Assembly: GCA_963815095.1 (NCBI GenBank)
Contig: CAWFFH010000003.1
Span: forward strand, 576,001 to 640,000
Direction of reading: 5' to 3'
Origin: Candidatus Bathyarchaeota archaeon
Lineage (GTDB): Archaea; Thermoproteota; Bathyarchaeia; Bathyarchaeales; Bathycorpusculaceae
Length of the DNA: 64,000 nt
Part shown: piece by piece, positions 39,090 to 50,232 of the stretch
Layout of the letters: every line of letters begins with the position of its first letter
How positions within the stretch are numbered: the first letter of the stretch is position 1
Notes under the pieces: model-generated
Databases searched by the model: none
Told to the model about the DNA's origin: nothing
The model's input: only the letters and a program-made list of their open reading frames with translations
Program-made: the position numbers and the translations under genes

Positions 39090-40007
39090 TTAGTCTTCTA
39101 AAACAACCCTTGCCAATGCAACCTTATCGTCTAAATTCTTCATCACAGTGTTCGTTACTTTCACGGTTAGCCCAAGCGCCTCAATTCTGCCTTTTTCACC
39201 AGCATCTTTGGTATCAATGACAAAAGCATCAAGAAAATCCGAGTAAAACTGGGCAACCCCAAACGCAGAAACCTCCACCCCCGAAGCACGAAGCATCTTG
39301 TCCGCAGGACCCTTGAGGGGTAAACCCGCAACAATAGGGCTAACTCCAACGACTCGAGCATTAGTCCTTTTTAACGCCCCTCTTATTCCCTCAACTGATA
39401 GAATGGTGCCAATACTAACAATGGGGTTACTTGGACAAACAACAACAGTATTCGCATCCAAAATTGCATCCAAAACCCGTGGTGAAGGCTTCGCTGTACC
39501 TGCACCAACAAATTCGATGCTTAACACTTCATCCCTGCATTGTCTTCGAACGAAGTACTCCTCAAAATTCATTGAACCGTTTAGCGTTGTTACTTTTGTT
39601 TCAAACTTGTCGTTTGTCATGGGCAGAATCTTGACTTTGAGCCTTAAAACATCGCAAACTTCATCGGTGATTTGGGATAGCGTTGCGCCTTGCCTTAAGC
39701 GGTCCGTTCGATAAAGGTGAGTGGCTAAATCCTTATCGCCCAAGTTAAACCATGTTTCTTGGCCGTAGTTTTTTAGCATTTCGAGGCATTGAAAAGTGTC
39801 GCCTCTAACTCCCCAACCCTTCTCTTGATCAACGATGCCTGCCAATGTGTAAGTAACGATATCCACATCGGGCGAGATGTGGAGACCAAATAATTCGATG
39901 TCATCCCCGGTGTTCACGATAACCGACAGATCTTCTTCTTTAACAATTTTAGTTAAACCTACTAAGAATTTGGCTGCGCCGACTCCCCCCGCCAAAGCCA
40001 CAATCAA
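39090..40007 (-). CDS. cofD: 2-phospho-L-lactate transferase (F420 biosynthesis)
   Basis: AGGVGAAKF, NTGDD, ISPDVD, PSNPIVSI. Confidence 0.94.
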   Translation of the reverse strand: MIVALAGGVGAAKFLVGLTKIVKEEDLSVIVNTGDDIELFGLHISPDVDIVTYTLAGIVDQEKGWGVRGDTFQCLEMLKNYGQETWFNLGDKDLATHLYRTDRLRQGATLSQITDEVCDVLRLKVKILPMTNDKFETKVTTLNGSMNFEEYFVRRQCRDEVLSIEFVGAGTAKPSPRVLDAILDANTVVVCPSNPIVSIGTILSVEGIRGALKRTNARVVGVSPIVAGLPLKGPADKMLRASGVEVSAFGVAQFYSDFLDAFVIDTKDAGEKGRIEALGLTVKVTNTVMKNLDDKVALARVVLED

Positions 40008-40027
40008 AACATTCTCACCGAAATGAG

Positions 40028-40495
40028 CTATTCATGATGTCCGTCTTTCTCTGAAACCCAGTACTCAGACGACGCACCCTTCTTGTCGGTTATGCTTTCT
40101 TTCTTAAAAACGGGCGCTTCACTCTTGTAACGCTCAACAGCTTCACGGAGCACAGGAAAAACATCGGTTCGGTGGGCTCCTGCAACCGCCACATAAACCA
40201 AGTCATCGCCTACATTGAATTCTCCCAGCAAATGATGAATTTGAACGCTAACTATTCCTGGTTTTTGGGTTAATTCTTCACTTATTTTGGTGAGCACTTG
40301 GTCCGCTTTTTCTTCGTATGCCTCTACTATTAATTTCTCAACTTTTTCTTTCTCTGGCTCAAACGTTTCTCCTCGAACCACGCCAATGAATAAGCCTATT
40401 GCGCCAGCTTTATGGTAGTTGGAGTCTTTTTTGATGTTGTCAATTGCGTCTTGGGCGTTGAATGTTCCTTTTTCATGCACACCCGCGTTGGTCAA
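40028..40495 (-). CDS. moaE: Molybdopterin synthase catalytic subunit
   Basis: FIGVVR, AGAHR, PVFKKE. Confidence 0.9.
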   Translation of the reverse strand: MTNAGVHEKGTFNAQDAIDNIKKDSNYHKAGAIGLFIGVVRGETFEPEKEKVEKLIVEAYEEKADQVLTKISEELTQKPGIVSVQIHHLLGEFNVGDDLVYVAVAGAHRTDVFPVLREAVERYKSEAPVFKKESITDKKGASSEYWVSEKDGHHE

Positions 40496-40588
40496 AATTT
40501 GCGTTCTCCTGTTAGAAAATACTAAAAGTTCCTGCCTAAAACTGTTTACGGTTAAAAGAATAGAAATAAGAAAATAAAGAAAGTATGT

Positions 40589-41227
40589 TTATGCTTCGGC
40601 TGCAACTGGTGCAGATGCGACTTCTACTGGTGCTTCTGGCAGTTTTGCTGGAGCAGCTAAGAGTTTGGACTTTCTAATACCGACGTGACGTAATGGCGCA
40701 ACGAGTTTTGCTTGATTGTAGATGTCTGAAGCGATTTTTCCAAGGACCATTTCTTGAACAAATTGGTCAAGTGTTAATGCAACGGCTTTTTCTTTGATTG
40801 TTTTCTCCATCATGGTGCGGATGATTTTTTCCTGAGATGTCTTTATTCTTGAAAGTGTCAGAGCTGAAACTGAAATTCTAAGTTTGTAGCCGTCTTTCGT
40901 GGTTAAGTTGAATAAGCCATCAACTTTGGTGGTTCTTCTTCTAACCAAACTGCGAAGATAATCTCGCGAGTATTCATGACCCTTGAAGAGTGTTTTGGCG
41001 GATTTTCCGTCAATCTCGTTTATCTGGAAGAACATTTTCAAGTAATGATGAGAAAAGTCACCTGTAATGTCATATAGGGTTGCTTCGACAACTCTGCCGA
41101 TCATTTGTTTTTCTTCTTGTGCAGGTATCGAACCTAACTCTATGTTACCAAAGAACGAAGGCGCAACTACCATATACCAGGATTTGCCTCGCCACTTATC
41201 GCGTACGTGTTTTGTTTTGGAAGACAA
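40589..41227 (-). CDS. rps3ae: 30S ribosomal protein S3Ae
   Basis: DKW..KSWY, DYLRSLVRRR. Confidence 0.93.
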   Translation of the reverse strand: MSSKTKHVRDKWRGKSWYMVVAPSFFGNIELGSIPAQEEKQMIGRVVEATLYDITGDFSHHYLKMFFQINEIDGKSAKTLFKGHEYSRDYLRSLVRRRTTKVDGLFNLTTKDGYKLRISVSALTLSRIKTSQEKIIRTMMEKTIKEKAVALTLDQFVQEMVLGKIASDIYNQAKLVAPLRHVGIRKSKLLAAPAKLPEAPVEVASAPVAAEA

Positions 41228-41277
41228 ATTTATTTCTCCAAACGTGCCACAACATTCTCATAGAAATATTAAAAGGT

Positions 41278-42567
41278 TTAGCGTTTTTTACCTATTTTAT
41301 CTCTGTTACCTATGTATTTTCTTAACACTTCAGGTATAATTATTGTTCCATCGGATTGCTGGTTGTTTTCCATTATTGCTACGATTGTTCTGCCTGTTGC
41401 AATAGCAGTAGAATTCAATGTGTGAACGAAGCCTTTTGGCGGTGCACCCTCTTTTTCACGATATTTAATTCCTAAACGTCTGCCTTGATAGTCAGTGCAG
41501 TTACTGCATGAAACCACTTCGCGGTAACCATTCTGCGCAGGCATCCAAGCTTCAATATCATACTTCTTTGCTGCAACGGTACCAATGTCACCCGTGCAAA
41601 CGTTAACAACTTGATAGGCTAAACCGAGTTTTTGCAAGATTCCTTCTGCGTTCTCTAAAAGTTCTTCGTGGAGTTTATATGAGTCTTCGGGTTTACAGAA
41701 AATGAACTGTTCGATTTTATTGAATTGGTGAGTGCGGAAGATGCCACGTGTGTCTTTTCCATGCGCACCTGCTTCTTTGCGGAAACAGGTGCTGATTCCA
41801 GCGAGTTTGACTGGCATTTCTTGTTCTTTTAGAGTTTCATTCATCAACATAGCTGCCATTGGATGCTCTGATGTGGCAATCATGTAGAGGTCTTCACCTT
41901 CAACCTTGTAGAGAACATCGCCAAAGTCGCCAAGTGAAGTTACGCCTTCGTACGCTTCCCGCTTCATCATGTAGGGTGGAACAATTGGTGTATAGCCTTT
42001 GTTTGAGAGCTCCTCTATAGCAAAGCACATCAAAGCCATGTCCAGCATGGCGACTTCATTTTTGAGAAAGAAGAACCTTGCGCCGCTGATTTTCCCAGCG
42101 CGTTCCATGTCGATTTGGTCTAACTCAAGAGCTAAATCTATATGGTTTTTTATCTGAAAAGAGAACTGTGGGATTGTTCCCCAAGTTTTCACTTGAACGT
42201 TATCCTTTGAGTCTTTTCCCATCGGAACCGAATCATCCAGTAAGTTTGGCAACCGCAAAAGGAAATCATGGATTTTCTGTTCCTGATTAACAACCTGTTT
42301 CTCTGTTAGCTTTATTTTCTGGTCGATGTTCTGTGCTCTTGAGAATTCGTCGGTTGCTTCTTGACCTGCCTGCTTTAGTTTAGCGATTTCTATGGTCACC
42401 AGTTTTCGTTCGTGACGCATCTCGTTTAGGTTGGTGTTGTTCACGCGCCACTCTTTATCTGTGGCAATCAATTCTTCGAGCATCTGGAGAACGTCTGGGT
42501 TGCCACGCTTCGCCAAATTAGCTTTTATAAGTTCAGGATTCTCGCGGATAAGCTTGATATCTAACAT
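41278..42567 (-). CDS. serS: Seryl-tRNA synthetase
   Basis: MLDIKLIR, ATSEHP, FRKEAG, SCSNCTDYQ, HTLN. Confidence 0.96.
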   Translation of the reverse strand: MLDIKLIRENPELIKANLAKRGNPDVLQMLEELIATDKEWRVNNTNLNEMRHERKLVTIEIAKLKQAGQEATDEFSRAQNIDQKIKLTEKQVVNQEQKIHDFLLRLPNLLDDSVPMGKDSKDNVQVKTWGTIPQFSFQIKNHIDLALELDQIDMERAGKISGARFFFLKNEVAMLDMALMCFAIEELSNKGYTPIVPPYMMKREAYEGVTSLGDFGDVLYKVEGEDLYMIATSEHPMAAMLMNETLKEQEMPVKLAGISTCFRKEAGAHGKDTRGIFRTHQFNKIEQFIFCKPEDSYKLHEELLENAEGILQKLGLAYQVVNVCTGDIGTVAAKKYDIEAWMPAQNGYREVVSCSNCTDYQGRRLGIKYREKEGAPPKGFVHTLNSTAIATGRTIVAIMENNQQSDGTIIIPEVLRKYIGNRDKIGKKR

Positions 42568-42798
42568 GTTCTCACACGTAATATTTCTCTATCTAACAAA
42601 AACAGCTATTTAACTTTACGATAGAAACACCAACTCAAATTCTATGTTATAATTCTCAGTGGCTAAATAAAATCTGTAGCCCTTTTATAATGCAAGACTT
42701 GAAGATACTAAAAAAGAACTTTTCAGTTTTTGCAAAAAAACAAGAATAGCTAAAAAATGGAAGAAGATATAGATAGATTTCTGATTTGTGTGTCCGGT

Positions 42799-43089
42799 TT
42801 ATTTTTTGGTTAGAGTTATCTCCATTGTGGAAACCATTCTGGATTTACTCTCACCCTCACGAGGTGGCATCTCGACTGTTCCGATGGCTATCTTGCTAAC
42901 TTTAAGGTCTTTAATGAACCGGTTTCTTGTAATTTCAGCTACGTCAACTGCAGTCGTTATAGCTTGGCCTCTTGCTTTTAGTGTGATTTCTTTTAGGTTT
43001 CCTGCTGAGAGGCTTGTAATGATTGCCAGAACATAGCTCATAGGGGGTTTGTTTCCGACGAAGATAACATCTGGATTGTTTTGGGTCAT
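42799..43089 (-). CDS. albA: DNA/RNA-binding protein Alba
   Basis: VGNKPPMSYV, KARGQAITTAVDVAE. Confidence 0.94.
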   Translation of the reverse strand: MTQNNPDVIFVGNKPPMSYVLAIITSLSAGNLKEITLKARGQAITTAVDVAEITRNRFIKDLKVSKIAIGTVEMPPREGESKSRMVSTMEITLTKK

Positions 43090-43301
43090 TTTGTTTTTAC
43101 TCCTTTGTTGATTGCTTTGTGTAACGTTGCTGTTATGCGCTCTGATGCGCGTCAGAACGTCACTTCCAAAATATACAGATTCTTCCTTATAAGTTCATTC
43201 GAAAAACCAGCGTAGGAACAAATGTTCAACAAATTAATTAGAAAGGCTTTTCTGCAGCCAACCACTATTTTGGCTTTAACATAATCGAGTCGCGAGAACC
43301 T

Positions 43302-43934
43302 GTGCTTACCAAACTTAAGCAACAAATCCAGCAAATGCTAACAATTGAAGCTAAAATTGCCAACAAGCTAGGTTTTACTCCCAACAGAATAAGTATAGTA
43401 GGCTTCATACTTGCTTTAGTTTCAGCAATCACATATGCAGCAACAACAAATAGGCAGCCTTGGTTGCTGTTATTGGCAACTTTTTTCCTCTTAGCCTCAG
43501 GATTCTGCGACACCATGGATGGGATAGTCGCTCGAACATACAAGCAGACAACAGTTTTTGGCGGTTTTTTTGATTCAGTTTTAGATAGATACGCAGATGC
43601 AGCAGTCTACGCGGGAATTATTATTGCGGGTTTATCCAATGCCGCTTTGGGTACCTTTTGGGGTCCAATATTGGGCTTAATCACTCTATCAGGATCTATG
43701 ATGGTAAGCTATACCCGTGCAAGAGCAGAAGCTGTTGGAATAAAAATGGAGTCAGTTGGTTTTGCTGAACGCGCCGAACGTATGCTTATCTTAGCAGTTG
43801 TTAGCATAATCGGATACTTCTGGTTACCCGCATTAGGTTACGGTATAGCAATTTTGGCGGTACTTTCTAACTTGACAGTTATGCAAAGAGCATATTATGT
43901 TTACAAAACACTAAAGAAAAAAGCAGCAGTTTAG
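43302..43934 (+). CDS. CDP-alcohol phosphatidyltransferase (archaetidylinositol phosphate synthase-like)
   Basis: DTMDGIVAR...GGFFDSVLDRYAD, SYTRARAE. Confidence 0.88.
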   Translation: MLTKLKQQIQQMLTIEAKIANKLGFTPNRISIVGFILALVSAITYAATTNRQPWLLLLATFFLLASGFCDTMDGIVARTYKQTTVFGGFFDSVLDRYADAAVYAGIIIAGLSNAALGTFWGPILGLITLSGSMMVSYTRARAEAVGIKMESVGFAERAERMLILAVVSIIGYFWLPALGYGIAILAVLSNLTVMQRAYYVYKTLKKKAAV

Positions 43935-43938
43935 CCGC

Positions 43939-44232
43939 TTAGTACCTTCGTTTATAACCTTTTGAATGGCGTTCGTTCTCAGCGCGGACCTTAACAATAC
44001 CGCGGTGAACAGCACAAGAGATACAGTAGAATTTTGTGTCTACCCAAGAGGCTAAGTATGTGCCGCTTTGTCTGAGTTCTTTAGCTAGTTGTGGCTCAAC
44101 AAAAGATACTCGTCGGGTGGACCGTTTTGCTTTGTCTCGTGGCACCGAAGCCCCGCAATTTGCGCATTGAACAAGAGTACTGCTTCCTTTGTTTCCTTTT
44201 GATCTTCCTCGGCTTTTTCGTTTAACGGGCAT
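43939..44232 (-). CDS. rps26e: 30S ribosomal protein S26e
   Basis: CANCG..VPRDKA, YCISCAVH. Confidence 0.93.
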   Translation of the reverse strand: MPVKRKSRGRSKGNKGSSTLVQCANCGASVPRDKAKRSTRRVSFVEPQLAKELRQSGTYLASWVDTKFYCISCAVHRGIVKVRAENERHSKGYKRRY

Positions 44233-44281
44233 TATTTTGACCTCTTTCTTTTCTAATGTTCCATTTATTGACTTAACTATC

Positions 44282-45169
44282 TTATATATCTGACCGTAAT
44301 TTTAGGAGAGATGCAATGTTTGCGTTCTGAGTTATCTGGGGAATAATTTTTCCATCGAACGAAGTCATCAACGTTGTTACTCCTGGACCATGGCCAGCTG
44401 TGACACAATTTGTGTGAACAACCACGCCTACAGAGACAGCTCCTTGGCGGTAAATTCTTCCAAACGAATGGTCAGCGTCAATGATGGCAACTAAATCGCC
44501 AAGCCTCAAACTTTCAAGCCCATACTGCTTAACGATTGCTTCATCAAACATTTGAATATCATAGTCTCCCGAGTTAACTTGGTTTGCACCTAAACCTGAA
44601 CCCATTATCGCCGCAGGAACGATATGTGTAACAGGAACCTCCAGTTTGGCTCCTTTTGGTTTTGGGTTCCACACCTCAAGCAAACCGGGGTCCATATTGA
44701 GAATTTTAATTTCCGGAAAATCCAAAAGCTTCAAACCTGTACCATAGGCCTTAACAAGTATTCTATCGCCAAGAGTAAGATCCTCTAAAATCTCAGTTGG
44801 AAAATCTACCAAAACATGCTCAATTCCGCCATGCTTTCCGGTAACAGTGCCTTTAGCTCCTTTAGCGTCACCCGTCGCTACTATCGCTTGGTTTCCAACG
44901 CAAGATAGCACATTGAAAGCCGTGTTCGCTGCTTGCCCTGAACGAGCATCGTTCTCCTTGTTTTCTACGCTCACGCATGGTTCCACATGATCAGCTTCCC
45001 AACCGCACGCTGGATCACCAACCCTCAAGTTGTATGTTATGCCTCCTACTCCGGGAAGCACTATGGGTTTTCCCGTTGCTGAAACATTATAGACATTACG
45101 GATGGTGGGACTTGCGATTTCTCCCATAACTGAGATTTTTACGAGTTTTTCAGAGTTTGTTTTGAGCAT
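44282..45169 (-). CDS. DUF4438 family protein
   Basis: PGVGGITYN, DHVEP, GKHGG, GDYD, GHGPG; likely start MLKTN. Confidence 0.8.
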   Translation of the reverse strand: MLKTNSEKLVKISVMGEIASPTIRNVYNVSATGKPIVLPGVGGITYNLRVGDPACGWEADHVEPCVSVENKENDARSGQAANTAFNVLSCVGNQAIVATGDAKGAKGTVTGKHGGIEHVLVDFPTEILEDLTLGDRILVKAYGTGLKLLDFPEIKILNMDPGLLEVWNPKPKGAKLEVPVTHIVPAAIMGSGLGANQVNSGDYDIQMFDEAIVKQYGLESLRLGDLVAIIDADHSFGRIYRQGAVSVGVVVHTNCVTAGHGPGVTTLMTSFDGKIIPQITQNANIASLLKLRSDI

Positions 45170-45319
45170 TAATTGTTCCTCTGGACTTTGTGGTCTAGCG
45201 CGCGGGGTCAAATAAACTTTCACAGATGACTTTTCGGGGTTAAGCAACTCTTAAATTAAGCTTCCTTTTATTGTTCATATAGAAGTTAATTTAACTAAAT
45301 TATCGGAAGTGAGTAGGCC

Positions 45320-45898
45320 GTGGCTGAAATTGGATTAAGAACAAAAATGTTCGTTAGAGACATCATGAGCAGCCCAGTAGTAACAATGGATGAAGATGAA
45401 ACCTCCAATAAAGCCGCCGCTAACATGGATATGCACGATTTAGGCGCTGTAGTAGTAACTAACAAAGCAGGAAAATCAATCGGCATCATTACCGAACGTG
45501 ACCTAGTAATCAGGGTTATAGCTAAAAACCTCAAACCAGACACTGTTAAAGCTAAAGAAATCATGACCACGCCCTTGGTCACTATAGAGCCCGAAGCCAC
45601 CATAAGCGATGCTGCAAGAAGAATGACGCGACTTGACATTAGACGGTTGTGTGTTATATACAAAGGCAACCTGCTTGGAATAATCTCCAGCAAAGACATT
45701 TTGGGCGTAATGCCCGAGTTAATTGAGATAATGGTCGAGAAATCCCGCATCGAAGGAGCCGCCGGAACTGAAGACACCGAAGAAGTACCGCTCTCTGGAT
45801 ACTGCGACCGCTGCAACGCCTACAATGAAAGCTTAAAAGAACGAAACGGACAAAACATCTGTGACGAATGCCGCGTAGAACTCGAAGAAGAAAAATAA
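45320..45898 (+). CDS. CBS-pair protein with C-terminal zinc ribbon
   Basis: GIITERDL, GIISSKD; CDRC...CDEC. Confidence 0.87.
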   Translation: MAEIGLRTKMFVRDIMSSPVVTMDEDETSNKAAANMDMHDLGAVVVTNKAGKSIGIITERDLVIRVIAKNLKPDTVKAKEIMTTPLVTIEPEATISDAARRMTRLDIRRLCVIYKGNLLGIISSKDILGVMPELIEIMVEKSRIEGAAGTEDTEEVPLSGYCDRCNAYNESLKERNGQNICDECRVELEEEK

Positions 45899-46322
45899 CC
45901 AGTTCTTTATTTCTATTTTTTAGTTAACTTAAAAATCATTTAAAGGTAAACAGACCCTTAACTAGTTGACTCCAACCTTTGCTGGACCACTTCTACACCA
46001 TAACGAAGCAGACTTTTCACCCCGCTTAATCTGTTTCTTGGAACAACCGCCACACTATGAATTAAACCACACAAGGACAAAAGCACCTTGGCTAAGAATG
46101 AAGACTTCGAGTAAACTGCAAGCCTTAAAACAAAAAGAAACAAGTCTAAGAAGCCATCTTGTGCTCTCTTTTTAAAATTCATTACACCACTTCTTTCAGG
46201 CATAATCTTCCTCATGAAAAGTTAAGGGTTTTGTTTAAGTCTCAATTTTCTATCCGAAAATAGCCTTTAGATAAAACTTTAATTAACCAAATCACCCGCT
46301 ATTCAATGAGTCGTGAACTGAC

Positions 46323-47675
46323 GTGATTGTTGATTCTGTCCTTACAAACGCCAAAGCCTACTTGGGCGGGCAAATAGTCGACTGCAGCATAGCTATCGAA
46401 GGAGAGAAAATACAAAAAATCGGCAAAGAAACTCAAATGCCCAATGCTGACCAAAAAACTAACCTACACAACATGCTGGTCCTACCAGGCTTGATTGATG
46501 AGCATGTGCATTTGCGAGATGAGGGCAAAGCATACAAAGAAGATTTCAATTCTGGGACTTCCGCTGCTGCGGCTGGAGGATTTACCACTGTTTTGGACAT
46601 GCCCAATAACGATCCAGTTACAATGAGCGTTAAAACCCAGAAGAATCGCATGCGAATAGCGCAAAGCAGAATCCTTGTTAATGTTGGATTTTATTCGGAA
46701 TTTCCAAAAAGTCTTGCAGAAACAAAAAATATTGTTGCTGAAGGCGCGGTTGGGTTTAAGTTGTTTATGGGTTCCCAAATAGGCGGTTTAAACATTGACG
46801 ACGACCCAACCCTACAAGATGCGTTCAAGGAAGTTGCCACCTTGAAAGTGCCTTTAGCAGTGCATGCTGAGGATAGTACAACGCTATTAGCTAACGAAGA
46901 GAAATTGAAACAAGATCAAAAAGTTGGCACCTCCGACTTTCTACGAGCACACACTGAAACCGTTGAACTAAAATCTATTCAGCGGCTATTGGAATTAAGC
47001 CAGAAGACAGATTTACAAATGCATTTTTGCCATGTTACTAGCCAAAAAGGCTTAAAAGCCATCGCCGAAGCAAAGAGATCTAATAGAAAAGGAAAGGTAA
47101 CATGTGAGGTTACACCGAACCATTTGATGCTAACCTGTGAGGATGTGAAGCGGATTGGGCAACTGGCAATTATGGCGCCTCCACTTCGCAGCAAAACCCA
47201 CTTAGATGCTTTGTGGAAGGGTTTGGAAGATGGCATTGTTGATACCATAGGCTCAGACCATGCACCCCACGCTTTGAGCGAGAAGTCAGCAAGTAGCGTT
47301 TGGGATGTAAAAGTTGGCGTGCCAGGATTAGAAACCACACTTCCGCTTATTTTGACGCTTGTAAAGAAGGATCGGTTAACTCTAACTCAGGCAGTCCATT
47401 TGCTTTCAGAAAAACCTGCAGAAATCTTCGGTTTAAACGACCGCGGTCGCTTGGAAAATGGCAAGAACGCCGACCTAACTATAGTGGACTTTAACCGCCA
47501 ATTCAAAATTGAAGCCTCCAAATTTAAGTCGAAAGCCAAGTTTTCACCCTATGATGGCTGGGACGTTCAGGGAAAAGTGGTAAGAACTGTTGTTAACGGG
47601 CAAGTAGTCTTCGATGAAGGTGAGATTATTGCTAATGGCGGCAGCGGATTGGTTGTTCGGAAGCGTAGAATGTGA
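46323..47675 (+). CDS. pyrC: Dihydroorotase family amidohydrolase
   Basis: DEHVHLR, DMPN, VHAED, GSDHAPH. Confidence 0.85.
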   Translation: MIVDSVLTNAKAYLGGQIVDCSIAIEGEKIQKIGKETQMPNADQKTNLHNMLVLPGLIDEHVHLRDEGKAYKEDFNSGTSAAAAGGFTTVLDMPNNDPVTMSVKTQKNRMRIAQSRILVNVGFYSEFPKSLAETKNIVAEGAVGFKLFMGSQIGGLNIDDDPTLQDAFKEVATLKVPLAVHAEDSTTLLANEEKLKQDQKVGTSDFLRAHTETVELKSIQRLLELSQKTDLQMHFCHVTSQKGLKAIAEAKRSNRKGKVTCEVTPNHLMLTCEDVKRIGQLAIMAPPLRSKTHLDALWKGLEDGIVDTIGSDHAPHALSEKSASSVWDVKVGVPGLETTLPLILTLVKKDRLTLTQAVHLLSEKPAEIFGLNDRGRLENGKNADLTIVDFNRQFKIEASKFKSKAKFSPYDGWDVQGKVVRTVVNGQVVFDEGEIIANGGSGLVVRKRRM

Positions 47676-48166
47676 AGTTCCTTGCGGATGGAATGCTTGG
47701 GAAACTGACGCGTTGGCTGCGCATGTTAGGGCAAGATGTCTTGTATTCGGTGCAGTTTGATGATTCCGAGCTTTTAGAATTGGCAAAGAGGGAAGAGCGT
47801 GTTTTGTTGACTAAGGATCTTGAACTCTATAAGCGTGCTGTCGGCAAAGGAATGGATGCTTACTATGTTGAGGGAAAGTTTGAGGTGGAGCGGCTGGCGG
47901 AAATCGCCAAAAGATATAGATTGCAATTGTCGATTAACATGGACAAGTCGTATTGTCCAGTATGCAACACCAAACTGAAATTAACCGAAAAAGAGCAACT
48001 CCGAAGCGAATTGAAAAACAAAACATTCACTCATTACGACAAATTCTGGAAGTGCCCCAACTGTGGTCAAGTTTACTGGCAAGGAGCCCACTGGACACAA
48101 ATCAACAATACATTAAATCAAGCACAAGTAAAACTTGAAAAGTTAAAAGAAAATAATGGCGCTTAA
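47672..48166 (+). CDS. Mut7-C RNase domain protein
   Basis: [34 protein letters not shown]. Confidence 0.88.
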   Translation: MKFLADGMLGKLTRWLRMLGQDVLYSVQFDDSELLELAKREERVLLTKDLELYKRAVGKGMDAYYVEGKFEVERLAEIAKRYRLQLSINMDKSYCPVCNTKLKLTEKEQLRSELKNKTFTHYDKFWKCPNCGQVYWQGAHWTQINNTLNQAQVKLEKLKENNGA

Positions 48167-48405
48167 GACAGCCATTTCAAGGGAATATCTTGGAAAGTTC
48201 CATCTGGTAGAGTTCTACGAATAGTGATTGGCAAAATACCCGCATCAAGCTCGCTTAATGCGATGTCGATTGGGTTTGTGTTTTCTGCTGCATCTACCAA
48301 GATTGGTGCTCCCATCGAGATTTGAAGCGCACGTGCACCCACGATTCTTGCTTTCTCGAAGCGAGTAATTTTTGGAGGTCCAACGTTTATTTTTTGTTCT
48401 GACAT
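48163..48405 (-). CDS. rpoK: RNA polymerase subunit Rpo6 (K)
   Basis: [21 protein letters not shown]. Confidence 0.95.
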   Translation of the reverse strand: MSEQKINVGPPKITRFEKARIVGARALQISMGAPILVDAAENTNPIDIALSELDAGILPITIRRTLPDGTFQDIPLKWLS

Positions 48406-48406
48406 T

Positions 48407-50083
48407 TTACATCATTCCGCCCGGCATTCCACCCATACCGCCCATGCCCATCCCTCCTGGCATTCCTCCTCCTGGTGGCATTGGAGGAGTCTTCATTTTG
48501 CTTGAGGATATGACGTCATCGATTTTAAGAATCATTGATGCAGCTTCGTTTGCTGATTTGATGATTTGCTTTTTGACTGCAAGAGGTTCGTAAACGCTTA
48601 TTTTTGTCATATCTTCCACTTTGCCTGCGAGAACATCTATGCCGGCCCAAGTTTCGCCTTTCTGATGTCTAGTTCGTAATTCAACCAATACGTCAATTGG
48701 ATCTAAGCCTGCGTTTTCTGAAAGCGTTGTGGCTATTGCTTCTAGTGATTCCGCGAATATTGTGATTGCAAGTTGCTCTCTTCCCTGCACGGTTTGAGCA
48801 TATTTTTTGAGAACACTCGCCATCTCCATTTCTGGAGCGCTGCCGCCAGCAACGATTTTTGGCTCCTCAATTAAGTCTTTAACAACACATAGTGCATCGT
48901 GGATAGAGCGTTCGGCTTCTGCAGTCATCCGCTGGGTTCCACCCCTAATTAGAATGGTAACTGACTTGGGATTCTTGCAGCCCTCGATGTAAGTCATTTT
49001 GTCATCGCCCGTTCTGCGTTCCTCAACTAAGGCGGCGTAACCCAAGTCTGATGCTTCGAGTGCTTCAATGTTGCTTACAATTTTTGCGCCTGTGGCTCTT
49101 GCAAGTTTTTCCATGTCTGATTTCTTGGCTCGCCTAATTGCTATTACACCCTTTCTGGAAAGGAAGTGTTGAGCCATGTCATCTATGCCTTTCTGGCAGA
49201 CCACTACGTTGGCACCTGAAGATAGGACTTTTTCAACCATGTCTTTCAGCATGGTTTCTTCCTGCTTTAGGAAGGCTTCTATTTGGTCTGGGCTTTCAAT
49301 GTTAATTTTTGCATCGATCTCTGGCTTCTCGTTTTCCAGCGATGCTTCAAGTAACGCAATTTTTGCTTTCTCTAATCGCTTTGGCATGCCTGAATGAACG
49401 ATTTCTTTGTCTAAAACTATTCCGTAGATTAGGCTAGTGTCTTTGAGGGATTCACCTGTTTTCTTCTCAACCTTTACGTCATCAACATCAGCTTTGTAGG
49501 TGCCATCAGCTTGTTTTTCAGCGACGGATAACATGGCTTTAACGGCTAAATCAGCCAGGTAATCTTTGTATTCCGCCACAATTTTGCTGCCCATGGATGT
49601 AGCTGCAGCCTTCTTGAGGTAGTCGGTTGATTTTAGGTCAATTGGTATGGCGATTTTCTCCAAAGTTTCCAGAGCTTTGTCAGCGGCTTTTCGGTATCCG
49701 TCAATTATGACTGTTGGGTGGATGTCTTTGTCGATTAATTCTTCAGCTCTACTGAGTAGTTCGCCTGCAATAATGACGGCGGATGTTGTTCCGTCTCCTG
49801 CTTCTTTGTCTTGTGTTTTGGCGACTTCAACAAGCATTTTGGCTGCTGGATGCTGAACATCCATTTCATCAAGAATGGTTCGTCCGTCGCTTGTTATTGT
49901 TACATCTCCGAAGCTATCAACAAGCATTTTATCCATGCCTTTTGGGCCAAGTGCGCTTCGAACACTTTCAGCAACAACTTTAGCTGCCATGATGTTACTG
50001 TGTTGAGCTTCTCTTCCGCGGCTCCTGTTTGAGCCTTCTTTCATAACCAAAACGGGTACTCCACCAGCTTGTAAATTTGACAA
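48407..50083 (-). CDS. Thermosome (group II chaperonin) subunit
   Basis: [18 protein letters not shown]-rich tail. Confidence 0.96.
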   Translation of the reverse strand: MSNLQAGGVPVLVMKEGSNRSRGREAQHSNIMAAKVVAESVRSALGPKGMDKMLVDSFGDVTITSDGRTILDEMDVQHPAAKMLVEVAKTQDKEAGDGTTSAVIIAGELLSRAEELIDKDIHPTVIIDGYRKAADKALETLEKIAIPIDLKSTDYLKKAAATSMGSKIVAEYKDYLADLAVKAMLSVAEKQADGTYKADVDDVKVEKKTGESLKDTSLIYGIVLDKEIVHSGMPKRLEKAKIALLEASLENEKPEIDAKINIESPDQIEAFLKQEETMLKDMVEKVLSSGANVVVCQKGIDDMAQHFLSRKGVIAIRRAKKSDMEKLARATGAKIVSNIEALEASDLGYAALVEERRTGDDKMTYIEGCKNPKSVTILIRGGTQRMTAEAERSIHDALCVVKDLIEEPKIVAGGSAPEMEMASVLKKYAQTVQGREQLAITIFAESLEAIATTLSENAGLDPIDVLVELRTRHQKGETWAGIDVLAGKVEDMTKISVYEPLAVKKQIIKSANEAASMILKIDDVISSSKMKTPPMPPGGGMPGGMGMGGMGGMPGGMM

Positions 50084-50232
50084 ATCAAGTAACCTCCAAA
50101 TAACGCGAACAACAACAAGACATTACTAACCATATAAGTTTTTCTAGTCCTGCCGTGTCGAACAAAGCCAAGCAAACGATTTTTGCATCATTGACCCGTT
50201 TTCCAGGCTTGGACCGTTTCATTTTTGCCAAA

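Noticed and set aside
45958-46215. 85-aa minus ORF and 69-aa plus ORF in an intergenic gap
   Set aside because: No recognisable motif in either; I cannot tell which, if either, is real
48410-48490. Low-complexity GC-rich repeat
   Set aside because: Normal GGM/PGG chaperonin tail
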